This document shows positions 51,600-64,000 of a stretch of 64,000 nucleotides of DNA, one piece after another. A program made the translations under genes and the position numbers. Below the pieces are notes generated by a model that worked only from the letters and a program-made list of their open reading frames with translations, was not told where the DNA came from and did not search any database. Each line of letters begins with the position of its first letter. Position 1 is the first letter of the stretch. Source of the stretch: Nageia nagi (taxonomy: Eukaryota; Plantae; Pinophyta); contig JBITNC010000001.1 of assembly GCA_050084985.1 (NCBI GenBank), positions 160,518,001-160,582,000 of the forward strand, in the 5' to 3' direction.

Positions 51600-54500
51600 T
51601 TTTAAAATGACAAGATAAGGTGAATGTATCATAATAATTATTTTTGACATGAATTTCAAAGATCTCATTGATGATAGTTTCATGGCTCTACTAGGGTTTC
51701 ATTCTAAAGTTCTTGAGGAGGTTGTTACACATTCATATAAGGTTTTCAAAGGTCATAATGGCTTTTTTGATAGAGATAAAGAAGATTTTTACAATGTTGG
51801 TGGTTTGAGTAGAGTAGAGTCTAAGGTTTAAGGTTTTAGTACTAGAGGGTATTTTTGGAAGCACTATGGATGTGGCAAAAGATGACCCCACTATGTCCCC
51901 ATGATGTTCTACAAGGGATTCTAGTTCGTTATTGTTGGTAATGTGGGTTGTTTCTACATTATCAATGAAGAGAATATTTTGTTATTCATTAGGCTTCCAC
52001 ATTTTTTAAAGGTTATGTTTGATGCTCTATGTTGCTTAGTCATAGAGATCTAGGTAATTCCTACTTCCTCCTCTCTAGAATTAAGCATACTGCCTCTTGT
52101 TCTATTTTGTATGCTTGCACTATCAGAAGGTGTTATCAAGTATGGCAACTTCTATGGCTTTCTCAAGGCCTATGATATGGTGATGGGTGTAAGTATTTCC
52201 TTATGTATTATGTCATTCAAGGTTAGCCTTGAGGCACTTTTATCTTCTCACTTAAGTCATGGCTCGGTAGCCTTTACAAGGGGTCTATTTAATCTGGATA
52301 GTTTTAGCATGTCTTTGACCTTTTCATTTTATTCCAACCAATCATGGTGCAACTTGAAGGGGTTTTAAGCTACCTAAAAGGATTTTTCAAAGGGTTTCTT
52401 AGTCTCCACTTCTTTTATTTGGTATTTATTCATCGAACATGTGCTAGTGTGTTATGATGGATTTTTGGAAGGTTTTTATGTATTTTTGTATCCCTATCTA
52501 GTTGGGTTATATGGTATTCTTCCATTGGGGGGTCTTGGGAGTGGTATGTGGGTTATTATGAGGTTGTACCTTCCTATTTACTCTAGGTAATTTAACTTTC
52601 TTTGTATGTTATTCTTTTTATTATAGTTATTATTTCATCCTTTATTTTATGCCCCTTGGAGCTTGGGTACTCTTATGTTTCTTGGTCTAAGCTCCTGAAG
52701 ATTATTTCATATTCATTTCATCTTGGCATTATCTATCTTAAAGAATCCTTAGGAGTGAAGCTTTGGCCCTAGAGAGGTATTCATTATGTGGCTCTACTTG
52801 GAGGAAGGTTTTTTTAAGTATTCTATGGGTGAAAGCAAGAAGTTGAGTCCACATAAAGGAGAAGTGAGGAAAATTAAGGAAGTTAAAATTCAATATTGGA
52901 AAAATTGGTATCCCAATTTAGGTTTAGTATACAATAAATATTGGGATACTGATATTTAAAACTAAAATACATACATTTATCAGGATCATGATATTTAAAT
53001 CTCAAATTTTACATCTAATTTAGGCTCAAAAAAGGCTTGGTCAATCAACACTTAGCCTTAGACATGCAAACATATGTTCATGGTAATGTTAATAGAAAAT
53101 CTAAAATTCAAGCATATGTTTGATGGAATTTTTGGTAGAATTGCTTCATCAAATTAAAACCCACTATAGATTAAATAGTTTAGATTTCAAATATGTAATG
53201 TTTTGTGCAATTGGATAAGATTTTATATTTTTTTCCATTTTTTTAGTAAAAGTGGTCCATATACTTGAAATGTGAGGGTCTCATATTTTTTTAATAATTT
53301 TTTAGGGAGAGTTATGAAAAAAAAATATATAAGTACATGTTTCATAGAATTATCTATAAGAATAAAAAAAATACAAAAAATAAGTTTATATCAAATTATG
53401 TTGGACAGACAAGAGCACTTTTTGAAACCATAAATATGTCCAATAAAAATAAAATATTGATACAAAAATTATGAAAAAATATCTAAGATAAGCTCCAAGG
53501 TGTTAGGTATCCTTTTCTAGAAGGATTTTAAAAAATACCTTGATTTTAGTCAAATTATGTTGGACGGACAATGCATGGTATGATCAAAAAATGATTTTTT
53601 TTATAAAAAGTGAATTTTATTCATCCTATAGAATTTTAAATTCTATGATCTAGATATTGGAACAAATTATATATTTGAAAACTAGAATCTAAGAACTACA
53701 ATTTCACCTTTATGTTCTTTTTCATGATTCCATGTCTAAGTGGTTCAAATTTTGAGATCAATCATACTCAAACTTGAAAATTAAGAAAAATACTTCCACT
53801 TTTTGGCCTTATAGTGGACCCAAAATATTGCACCCACCCCTCTATTTCTTTAAATAATCTTAGTTTGTGGGTTTCTCATTTTTAGATGCATTCTAAGGAT
53901 CCAATTTAGAAGGACCATTGATGAAGATTAGAGTTAATTTAATGGTGCAAGCTTTTCTGATGTATCTTAGTAGGTCTAGAGCCCATGGACATAGGTGGTA
54001 TTTTATTCAGAATAGAGTGCATGGTGGTGATTTCCATTATTGTATCTTTCTTGGAAGGTATTTCTACCCCTTCTTCTAAGGACTCATTGAGGGTTTAATT
54101 TAAGATTGATAGATGGTGGAGTTAGTTTAGATCCAAAAGTCATAATGCTAGAAGAATAGACTGCTTTACTTAGCTCAAGAAAGAAGAAACTAGATTTATC
54201 TTATCTTATCTATGGGGTTGAAATGTTGGTCCCAATATTTCGATACCACAACTTCCAAGGCTCAATAGCTAGTCCCTTTTAGAGTGACAAATTTCAAAAT
54301 TCAAATCTCTTTAAAGATTTTGAATGATTGTTGGAAAGTGTATAGGTTTTAATGTGTATCTTAGGATATGTACATGGTTTCAAAAAATGATCATTCTTAC
54401 ATGTTACTAATTTTTTTATCCCTTGCTCTAGGTTGAGGAACTTTCATTGATTATTTGTACCTTAAGGAGTTTGAGGGATAATTTCAAAATAGAAACTACT

Positions 54501-54650
54501 TTTGATGTAACATGTTTTAGGGATCTTTCAAAATCTAGATCATGGTTATTCTTTTCATAAAAATCACCCACCAATATAACAAAAAAATGATCTCATTGAT
54601 AACATTAATATTACTTCTTATAGCCAAAATGGTAGCATAAGGTACTAGAA
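51600..54650 (-). mobile_element. Highly degenerate L1-type LINE remnant interrupted by the 1-kb repeat
   Basis: Minus-strand PFKLHHDWLE (~52335-52365; LINE ORF2 PF.F.N.WL motif) and SKYWDQHFNP (~54215-54245; ORF1 W.P.F.P-like motif). Confidence 0.45.
52897..53840 (-). mobile_element. ~1-kb dispersed repeat, copy 2 (inverted relative to 19229-20270)
   Basis: Reverse-complement homology along its length; GTATCCCAAT/ATTGGGATAC inverted repeat at 52908-52949. Confidence 0.75.
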
Positions 54651-54943
54651 ATAAAGGTCAAAATTCATGAAATTTGATTTATATATTTTGCATTTCTGTC
54701 ATTTTGAATACCATTATTTTCAAATTTGATAGAACTATTTTTAAGTGATACTCATATTGTATAGTCACTTTTTTCTTATATGAGAAGATAATCATTTCTT
54801 TTTTTATACTGAAAGTTAATAATCCAATCAATGTAATGATTTTGAATTTTTGTAATGTATTACTTATGAAGATTATCATCTTATATATGTAGGTACTTGT
54901 CATGTATACATAGACTCTCATCTTGTTAATTAAGATGCTCATC

Positions 54944-55043
54944 NNNNNNNNNNNNNNNNNNNNNNNNNNNNNNNNNNNNNNNNNNNNNNNNNNNNNNNNN
55001 NNNNNNNNNNNNNNNNNNNNNNNNNNNNNNNNNNNNNNNNNNN
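54944..55043. other. Assembly gap (100 N)
   Basis: Exactly 100 N, typical of a placeholder of unknown size. Confidence 0.99.
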
Positions 55044-58000
55044 AAGCTATCAAAAATTGTGGCTTGATGTAGAGTATGTCAAGGGTTTCTATAAAGATCA
55101 TTTGGGGATGTAGTGTTAAATGTATATTATGCATGAGGAGGTGTACACTATCAATGTAGATATTTCTATACAGAGGAAAAATGGTATCAATGTTAACACA
55201 AATTAAGCAGATTGGTAAAGAGGGTAGTACATTATCTATGTAGATCAATTGTAGAAACTATAAGATATAGCCAAGAGTATGTTGATGAGATACAAACTAT
55301 GAGGGTTTTGTATATAGTGAAGGTATTTTTATGTCATATTTGTTAATTAAAGTTCAATTCTAATTTGGTGTTTGATATAGGGGTTGGTGCTTCTTGTAGT
55401 TAGTGCTATAGAACATAGGGTTTATGAAGAGTCTCTTCAAAGTTTCCTTCAAAGTTCCTAAGAGTCTCAAGAAAAAAGCAAATTCAATTAAAGAAGATAC
55501 TTTTAGATTACAAGAATCCAATTTTATTCAAAGACTCAAAACAAGGTAAGGTAAGTATAAAGGTAAGTTTCCTTTCAAGTGCTTCAGCTATTGTTGACTT
55601 AGTCATTATTCTAATAAATATCCCTACAAGGAGAAATATCTCATTTCCAAAGAAGATAATTATGAAGGAAATGGATATGATATGGTACAGTGAAGTTTCA
55701 TTTATAGCTTTTAAATATTTAGAATTTAATGGTACTATAGTCAATTATAATTTTAATTAGAGTGAAGAAAAAGAAGAGCTAGCTAGTTCAAGGCTGCACA
55801 TTCTTAGAGGGGGAAATTCCTAGTTTATATTGTATGCTCCTATGTATGGTTGCTAATGTTTTTATTGCTTCTTGAACTTGAGAATGGTGCATGAATTTAA
55901 TAGGAGCATTTCCAATTTTCTATCTTCCTACCCTCAAACTTAGTCTTAATAAGTTATCTTTCTTATTTTGTTTTAGAAGTTGGTATCTAGTGTCTTATTG
56001 GTTAAGTTTGTTATGTACAACAATAACTTTGTATCTTACAATGCCACTTCCTTCCACATTTTATTTTTATCATATTATATCAAGGAGAAAATGTTATATT
56101 ATTTGGGCTTCCTATTATTGTCATTAATTTGATGAAGATTACATATTTTGGTGTATTATCAAATGATGGAGAAAGAAAAGAGACTACTTTTGTGCTAATA
56201 TGTTGAAGCTAGTGTTTGATTTATTCCTAGTGGAGATTGCTATTGAGTTGTCAATATGCTTCAATATCCATATAATACACCTTTAATATTATTAACAAAA
56301 TTGGGGAGATAGATACTGAATGGAGTGAGTTTTGACAACAATCCTAAAGAGGAAGATTATTTACCATACACTTATGCTTGTGCTAGTGTTGTCATTATTA
56401 TCAGAGCTTGTACATATGCTATAATATCAAAGATGATCAAGTGCAATCATGTTGTAATCATACAGTATATGAGAAGTGTACCAAAATCTAAAGACTTGAA
56501 TTTGGGCATGTACAAAGTTTTCCAAGTGCCTAAGAGATGTATAACATATTTGTTAGAGTTTCGATAGTATTAACAAGCATTTAGTTTCTATTGAACCCAA
56601 TGGAATTTGGTCTACTCCACTCTATCCAATATTCATTAGAATTAATTAATATTAAAATGGTCAAAGTATAATGTATTCTACTTTTCCACCATTCTGGTGA
56701 AGTTTGTCCACTCCAATTCTATCAAAATTTTGTCAAAATCAAACAGTGTGATACGTGAAGTTGAAGACTATTAGATGATGATGCGATGAAGGTAAAGATC
56801 AACTAAATGATGATACAATGAAGGTAAATATATTGTATGATTATGCAAAGAAATGAAGTTTTATCGATAGGCTTAAATGCTTATGCAAAGAAGGAATGCG
56901 AATCTAGGATTTTTGAGAAACCTTATGATGTCAGCATATCTAAAAAGTGCAAATTTTTTTTATTACATTGTATTTTTTGGGTATGGACAAATATGATGAT
57001 GTTAGCAATAACTAAAGTGCAAATTTACCTTGTATAATGGTATTTCTTGGGTGTAGAGAAATGTGGTGATATCAATAATATTTAGAGTGCAAATTTCCCT
57101 TCTAACATTGTGTTTCCAAGGTAGGAATGAGCTTAATGATGTTAGTGCTATATGGAGTCAAGATTCTTCAATAGACATTGCAAAATGACCTGAGTTTGAT
57201 ATAGATTACATCAAGGAGAATATGAAAGAGTTTATGTGACTAGATAAGGGCTTATGTGAAAAAGTAAAAATTTTTGTGAAGATAAAATATATTACGCAAA
57301 AGCAGATGCATAGTTACCAGTTCATCATCTGAAGAGTCCATACCTTGTGAGAAGAGATATTGGAAATATGATGAAGGAAGAAGCTAGAGGCATGATGTCG
57401 AATGTGACCAAAGGTGTTACAAAGAGATGCAGTTGCTTATGCAAAAACTTCAACCCTTACGTAGTAAGGTAAAGGCTTATGAGATGAAAATAAATGCTTG
57501 TGCAAACAAAGGATGCCTTATGCGGAGAAGTGAGGTCCTGTATGAACATAGATAGTCATGTGTGGAGAGATTCTAGACGACATGTACAATAAAATGAATT
57601 AGATGGATATCTAGATTTTTATTGCAACTTATATACTCTATTTATAAACATCATTTCTATTTTTAAACTTTTGCAAAAGATGTTAGACCTCAAAGTGGGT
57701 TTGTATGGTAACCTTTGAGATTAACATGGTGGTAACTATTAAATAGCTAGAGATGTATGCTTTGCATAGCCCTTTTGAATATTTGTTGTTATTTAATGTT
57801 TTTTAATAATAGTAATCAAATAGTTTCAAGGAAGAATATTGGTTGGAATAATAAGGATTTACCCTATTTAAATTAATACATGGGATTTATTTTTTATTAT
57901 TATCAATTATTTGGAAGAATCTTATCTGACTTAGTGGCAAATATGGAATCCAAATCTTAAACTGTGTGATTTTTAATATGTTTATACTTGGTAAACCTCA

Positions 58001-58431
58001 AATCTAAATATTTCATTGGTACATCTAAGGCATTATTAATGTTATGTGAGTGTGGTTATTAGTAATTTTATATCTAGAGAGTGCCAAAAGGCTTATCATC
58101 TACTTAAACATTACTACTATTCATGTGGATAATTTCTATAGTGAGATGTGTTTAATATAAATTTTTGAAGTTTGTTGAGTTTTGATTCACTCCAATAAGT
58201 ATTAACCCCACAAAGCGAATAAGTTCAGTAAACCGGCCTGGATCATTTGCTAAGGAAGCGTACATAACAATATGAGTTCTTTAAGCTCAGAATTGATACG
58301 CACAGAAAGCCGGTTGTCTTTTTTGAGGCACAAGCAACGCGAGCTGACCATCTGTGAAATTGAAATATAGTCCATATTACCACAGGTTGAATATCTCCAT
58401 TCCTCATTAGCGAAGGTCACCACAGAAGTTC

Positions 58432-58533
58432 AGATTGTTTTCCGCCATCCTTGCTCTACAAAAGGCTTCCTCACCAATGAATGGGTGTTTGTAGCGAGGA
58501 CGTTTTGTAGGGTAATAATGGCGGAGAACGTTT
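58432..58533 (+). ncRNA. Candidate pre-miRNA-like stem-loop, copy B
   Basis: 5' arm GTTTTCCGCCATCCTTGCTCTACAAAAGGCTTCCTC (58437-58472) pairs with GAGGACGTTTTGTAGGGTAATAATGGCGGAGAAC (58496-58529); several G:U pairs on the + strand; 23-nt loop. Confidence 0.6.
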
Positions 58534-60659
58534 CCAAAAACACCAACTATATTTACATGCTTCCACTTCCTTCTCCTGTAGCGTCAATCCAACAATTGCA
58601 TTGTAAGAGGGCATTGAGTATATTTGGATTGGTTTTCAGTTGAGTTTCCTGCTTCGCCTTTAAATTTTATTTTACACAACTGCTTCCTCTGCGGACTAGA
58701 TCCCTTTCTGAACGCAATGGCAAAGATTTTTTATTTTACCTTTTACTTTTTAATCGATGGGATTTTAGTGTCTTGAATGTTTCACACCGTCTGGATCGTG
58801 TATAGAAATTGGTAAAGCGATAAAAAAGTAGTCTACCAAACGAACAGTAGGATCGATTACCTAGATCAAACTTCCTTGCAAATTAGCCAGCACAATTTGG
58901 CCCGGCCAATTTTGAGGAGTTTGGTCTGCAATTCGGACTTCTCCTTTATGAAAACTATTGGGCATATTCATTATTTGTACATCGCTAACATTTGCTTTGA
59001 ATTTTCTCCTTGTATTTCTCATCACTGCTCTTTCGAGATGGATGTCAATCTTCTATTGAGAAAAAGAAGCGCGCCAAATCCTGATGGTATTAAAAAAATT
59101 ATGGAATTGTATGGGTTTAGAGAGAGAATGCTTCGAAATGTTTTTGGTTATGGTTTTCTGTATTTATTAAGTGGCTTTTCTGTTGAAGTTATTCAAAAGT
59201 TGTATTTTATCAAAGTTATCTAATTGTTGCATTTAGTGGACATCCTCTAACGAATATAATGTTTTAATGCTGACATTAAAGGATTTTAACTTTAACTTCT
59301 ATATTAGAAATAGTTTCTAATTCTTTTAATTTATGTTGATAATAGATTGCACTTAAGTATTATGCTAAGCATCTTTCAATTAATTGTGTTTTAATGCGAC
59401 ATATGAATAAAAGTTCATGTTATATATTTTATTTTAAATCTTACTTATTTCATTTCTATTATTTATCTAAAAGTAGTTAAACTTTAACATAATGTTCTAT
59501 GTTGGATCTCAAAGCATGCTAACTTGGTTTTGTAGATAAAGTAGTAATCTAAATAACAATGCACAACATGTATATATAAAAGTTACTCTGTCTTTATATT
59601 CACATGTCTATGGATTTAATCTTGATTTTTTTCAAGTTGAGTTGTTTGTTTTACGGGGTGTTGGGAGTTTCACAAACCAAAGTGATTTCCTCCTTGTCTT
59701 TATTAACCATTTTAAATTATTTTCCTTTAAATACTAAGACCTTCTTTTTGAATCTCAAATACTACTTTGATATTATGAAACAAAAAATTTCTTAACCAAT
59801 AACTAAAATATTAACTTTAAATAATAATTATTTTGATATTTTTTAATAATTTATTCAAAATTAACAGTAAACAATAATAGAAACCTCTATAATAAAGAAC
59901 ACATGAAGTTCATTTTATAAGTGAATCTCTACAAAAATGTAAAACTACTTTTAAATTTTTAAAAATAATGTATTTAATTTGCATTTTTAACTATTTAAAT
60001 ACTATTTTCTTACATTCAATAGGGACTATGTTATGAAATATTTATTAATATTTTATTTTGTAATGTAATTAGCATAGATGAAGTGATAAACCTTATATAT
60101 AATATAGATGATAACTTAATCAAATAAAAATTCATATTTAATCCCTAATAGTTAAATAGTAGAAAACATGATTATGATTTATATTTAAACTCTATTAAGT
60201 CCAAACATCATTATTATATCTAACACTAGATTATTTTTATCATTAATATCATGGTAGAGAAGATCTTAATAATTAAGTTATCTAATATAAGTTTCATGAT
60301 GAACATGATATTTACATAATACATTAAGTCAATAATATTATAGTTGAATTACTAAATAATTATTCCAACAACATATGGCAATAGTAATAATAAATTGAAA
60401 TGAAATAAAAATTCAATATAATAAAAAACAAGTTATACAAGTTTGACAAGTTAATATATTTTTGTTAACATTGAATTTTGAAAAGCAAATTCCAAAAGAA
60501 ATAATCTTGTTAAAGGATGCTAATATTTGTTTTAATGATTAAGCTTTGTATTAAAGTATAAAAGAATTGATCATACAAAAAATATAGGTGGACACAACAC
60601 ACATCAAGTGCTAATTCACTATCCAATAAAAAAAAAAATCATAAATAATGCAATAGCCA

Positions 60660-63600
60660 AACAAACTACCTTATCAAGTGGTGGGATAAGCTATATATTC
60701 AATCAACAACATTACAATGTAAATGAATATAACCCTATAAAACTTTAATACATAGGCAAAGTGATAGCAACTGAATTTGATGCTTATCATTAAAAAAAAT
60801 TGAGAATTTGTAGACTTCTTAAGATGTTTCTACAAATTACAAGAAATTATGTTCCACCTAGTGTTAGGTATGATGTTGTAAATCTCAAATGAGTTTGGTG
60901 TTAACTAGCTTGGTAGTGATCTATAATAATTAATTAGGATGAAAATTTCATTTATATATCACCACATCCTCATCATTAATTGTTGGGGAATCACAATCAT
61001 ACCTTCCATTGTCTCCATCATTAATGGAACCTCCCCATGCATCATTTATGGAGAGACACTAGGTAGATCCCTTAGATGGTTTCCTAGATGGAGTAACTTG
61101 TCAAAATTACCAACCAAGAGAATAAAAAGTAGGAGATAAATATGGTTTCCAAGCCTTATTTTATCATTGGTATTATAATCAAGTCAAGATATGATCTCAC
61201 CCCTGCAAGGGAGGGTGATAATTTTTTCTCAAGCAAGAGCACTCTTGAGTTTCAAAGCCTAATAGAACTTGACTCATAAGGCATGGAGCATAGCGCCAAT
61301 GATTAATGAGATCCTACATGTGGCTAAATTCTAGCATTATCTTAGCAACTTAATCTTTAATCTAAAATTAACTATCATAAAAAATGATAAGCTTATTAAT
61401 TGAAAAGAATGCTATAGAAGGAATATTCTTTGTAAATAATATCATTCTAGTCTTTCCATAAATAAAACATAATTCTAAATTTTAATAGATTCTAGAATTC
61501 TTCAAGCCCTTAGAGAAATATAGGGGATCTCCTAAGATATTAGGAACCAAACTTAGAGTTATTTCAAATACAGATGAAAATATGTATTCCATCCATTCTC
61601 AAGATTTAATCTTTGTAACAAGCCAAAATAAATGAAATATCATTTATTAGTACCCATAAAAGGGATAGGTAGATTTATCAACTCCCATGTGTATAAGTCT
61701 ATGATGAACTAACAAACCATGAAAAAAGGCTTACTTAGACTCCAAGGAAAAAAAGGGTTACTTGGGTTTAATATGATTATCCTAGATCATCTTGAATCTA
61801 GAGATCATCTCTCTTTCGATGAGAATAAATCTCATCCCTCATTATTCTTCAGTACCATGGGTAAGTTAGGAGAGAGTTAATATTAAGCATGGTTGCCATA
61901 ATACTTAAAAATAGAGATATTTTAAAACCACTTCCATTCTATCCACCATGTACATTGAGCTAAATGGACAAGATTAAGCCATTAAGTTGAAATGAGTACA
62001 ATTGATTACAAAATCATATGCATCATTATCTTCTTATTGAAGCACATGGGTATGTCTAAAGGTTTCCCATAGAATGCAATCTTTGGAGAAGTATCTAAAG
62101 AAATCTAAAAGAGACGTAATTATTATCTTAAAAACAAAAATTATCTTAAATTGATTGAGTGCTTCGAAGAAGAAAATTATAAAATTGAATAACTAAAGAC
62201 CATCGCACAATAAGAGAAGCTAAGGAAGCTCCTTTATGGTGGCCACCACTTTTTAAAGGAGATAAGGCTTAAAATTAGACTCCCATAATTTCCAAATACT
62301 TTTGTAGATAAATGACTTGGAGATAGTAATTGGCACTTGGGCTACTATGATGGAAGCCAAGTCTATTCTTCTCTAGCATTTCTTACCAAATAGAATAGCT
62401 TAAAATATACAATGTTAAGTTAATATATTACAAGATTATGAACCCTTTAAATCATTAATGATCCACTTGACACTTAAGGAAAAGACTTGATGTTGATAAT
62501 TGAAAAGATTGATACCTCATGATATTATGGGAAGACAACAAAATTCTTAGGAAACTCTATGTAAGCATTTTTTTTCTTTGGTTTTGGTACAAAGAATATC
62601 TTTGAGAAGTTTTTCTATCTTATTGTAGTAGGCTTGATATGGAACCCAATAAGATAGAATTAGATATATGAGCACAAGTAAGGATCTTTGAGTAAATGTT
62701 TAACTTTCTAGATAGGGATAGTTTCTTAGAGACCCAATAAGATAATTGTTTCCCATAATTTAGATAACATACTCCCAAATTGGGTAGGGATAATTTGAAA
62801 TACCATTGGGATACATAAGGATTTAAATATTTTACATAGTATAATCTAATACTAATGGTAAGAAGTTAGTTGATTAGGTTTTTTTGTAGAAAATTATCCA
62901 TAGCAAGCCATCTTATTCCATTGAATACTTGATCTTGATGCTTTACAAAAACTATCAAAGAAAGTAAAGTCTTGACACACTGAATTCTTGTGTTCCTTTA
63001 AAGCATAGAAAGAATCATCCACAAAATGCCTTTTGATTAATTATCCATTATTTATTAGAAGTTAAATTCTATGAAATAGCCATTGAGAAGTTTTTCTTGT
63101 TAGCAAATAGCCAAATGCTTTAATTTCCATAATATATAAAAAGGGGCAAGAGGGAAACCATATCTAAAGATCTAAAGAGACTAATTGTGACTATCTAAAT
63201 GACATCAAGAGTAAGTGTTCTTGTAAATGATTGAAAAGAATCTAATTTCTTAAGAATGAAAAGAATAGAAGTGCATTCAATCTTGAATAAGACTTTTTGA
63301 AGTCAATTTTGATGAAAATTGCATCTTGATAAGAAGATCGAGCATGTTCCACACCTTTCTATATAAAAATCAAATTATCAAGAATGTATTTATTTTAAAT
63401 GAAATCCATTTATTTAGGATGAATAATGTAGGGATAAAGACCTTAGAATAAAGGATAAAGCTTTAGTTGTGATCTTGTAGGTCATAATGAGTAGAGCAAT
63501 AGGTCTCTAGTTAGTGAGAAGTTTAGGATCTCCTAACTTGGGGATGAACCTTATATTTTCCTTTGTTATTTATGTGACCCTAGAAGCCTTTGGAAAGAGC

Positions 63601-64000
63601 TTCATGATAAATAAAAAGAGGTTCTAGATCAACTACATGTTCCCAAATCACTTTGCAAAATTCACATTGAAAATCTTTTTCATTTACCATATTATAGAGA
63701 GTCACTTCTAGATCCTTGAGGGAGGGAGGACAATCAAATGCAACCTTTTAAGAGGGAAATAACTTCTTTGATACAAATGTACAATATTTAAATATGGAAT
63801 TTTATATATCCATGGTAAGTTCTTATGCTATAAATACTGTTACTAATGCTTTAAAAATATATTACAAATATTGAAGGGCTAGGTAACTCTTATACCCATA
63901 TACAAGATGCATTTAAATTGCACAACTCATTTTGTGGATCTAAGATATTGGAGGAACTTATTTGATACTTTGGAAGAACTAAAGATTACATCTCCTGGAC
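60660..64000 (-). mobile_element. Degenerate L1-type LINE ORF2 (RT), copy B
   Basis: Paralogous to 15000-18236; minus-strand HFVDDSF (~63010-63030) and IKIDFKKSY (~63287-63313). Confidence 0.85.

Larger units (their letters stand above)
55438..64000 (+). repeat. Segmental duplication, copy B (lacks Copia-1 and a 2.67-kb segment)
   Basis: Collinear with copy A; single GAGAA empty site at 56471-56475; the junction at 58120-58121 joins A 9805 to A 12476. Confidence 0.95.

Noticed and set aside
54679-55248. 189-aa ORF
   Set aside because: Artefact of reading through the N gap.
55438-64000. Copy B as an uncollapsed allelic haplotype
   Set aside because: ~15% divergence and an old insertion specific to copy A are too deep for ordinary alleles; read depth would confirm.

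Overview
AT-rich, strongly CpG/CHG-depleted eukaryotic DNA from a large, methylated land-plant genome (gymnosperm-like by inference). No clearly intact gene is present. Most of the window is old retroelements: two complete minus-strand Copia elements with TSDs (1239-8146, 24332-29099), a Tat-type Gypsy pol remnant, a three-LTR tandem non-autonomous element (41527-44944), L1-type LINE remnants, a SINE and MITE-like repeats. CpG-retaining islands mark a UDP-glycosyltransferase pseudogene split by a Copia, a multi-exon TIR-containing locus (minus strand, ~45.4-47.95 kb), and two copies of a ~100-nt stem-loop (12776-12877, 58432-58533). The stem-loops lie in a segmental duplication (~179-18236 vs ~55438-64000) and are an inverted duplication of an exon segment of the TIR locus lying between them. 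The best candidate novel system is therefore a young MIRNA-like hairpin pair plus its linked source/target locus, which may itself be an unusual TIR/plant-mobile-domain/coiled-coil chimera. Identities are hand counts over short stretches, boundaries of degenerate elements are approximate, and a 100-N gap (54944-55043) separates the second duplicate from the rest.
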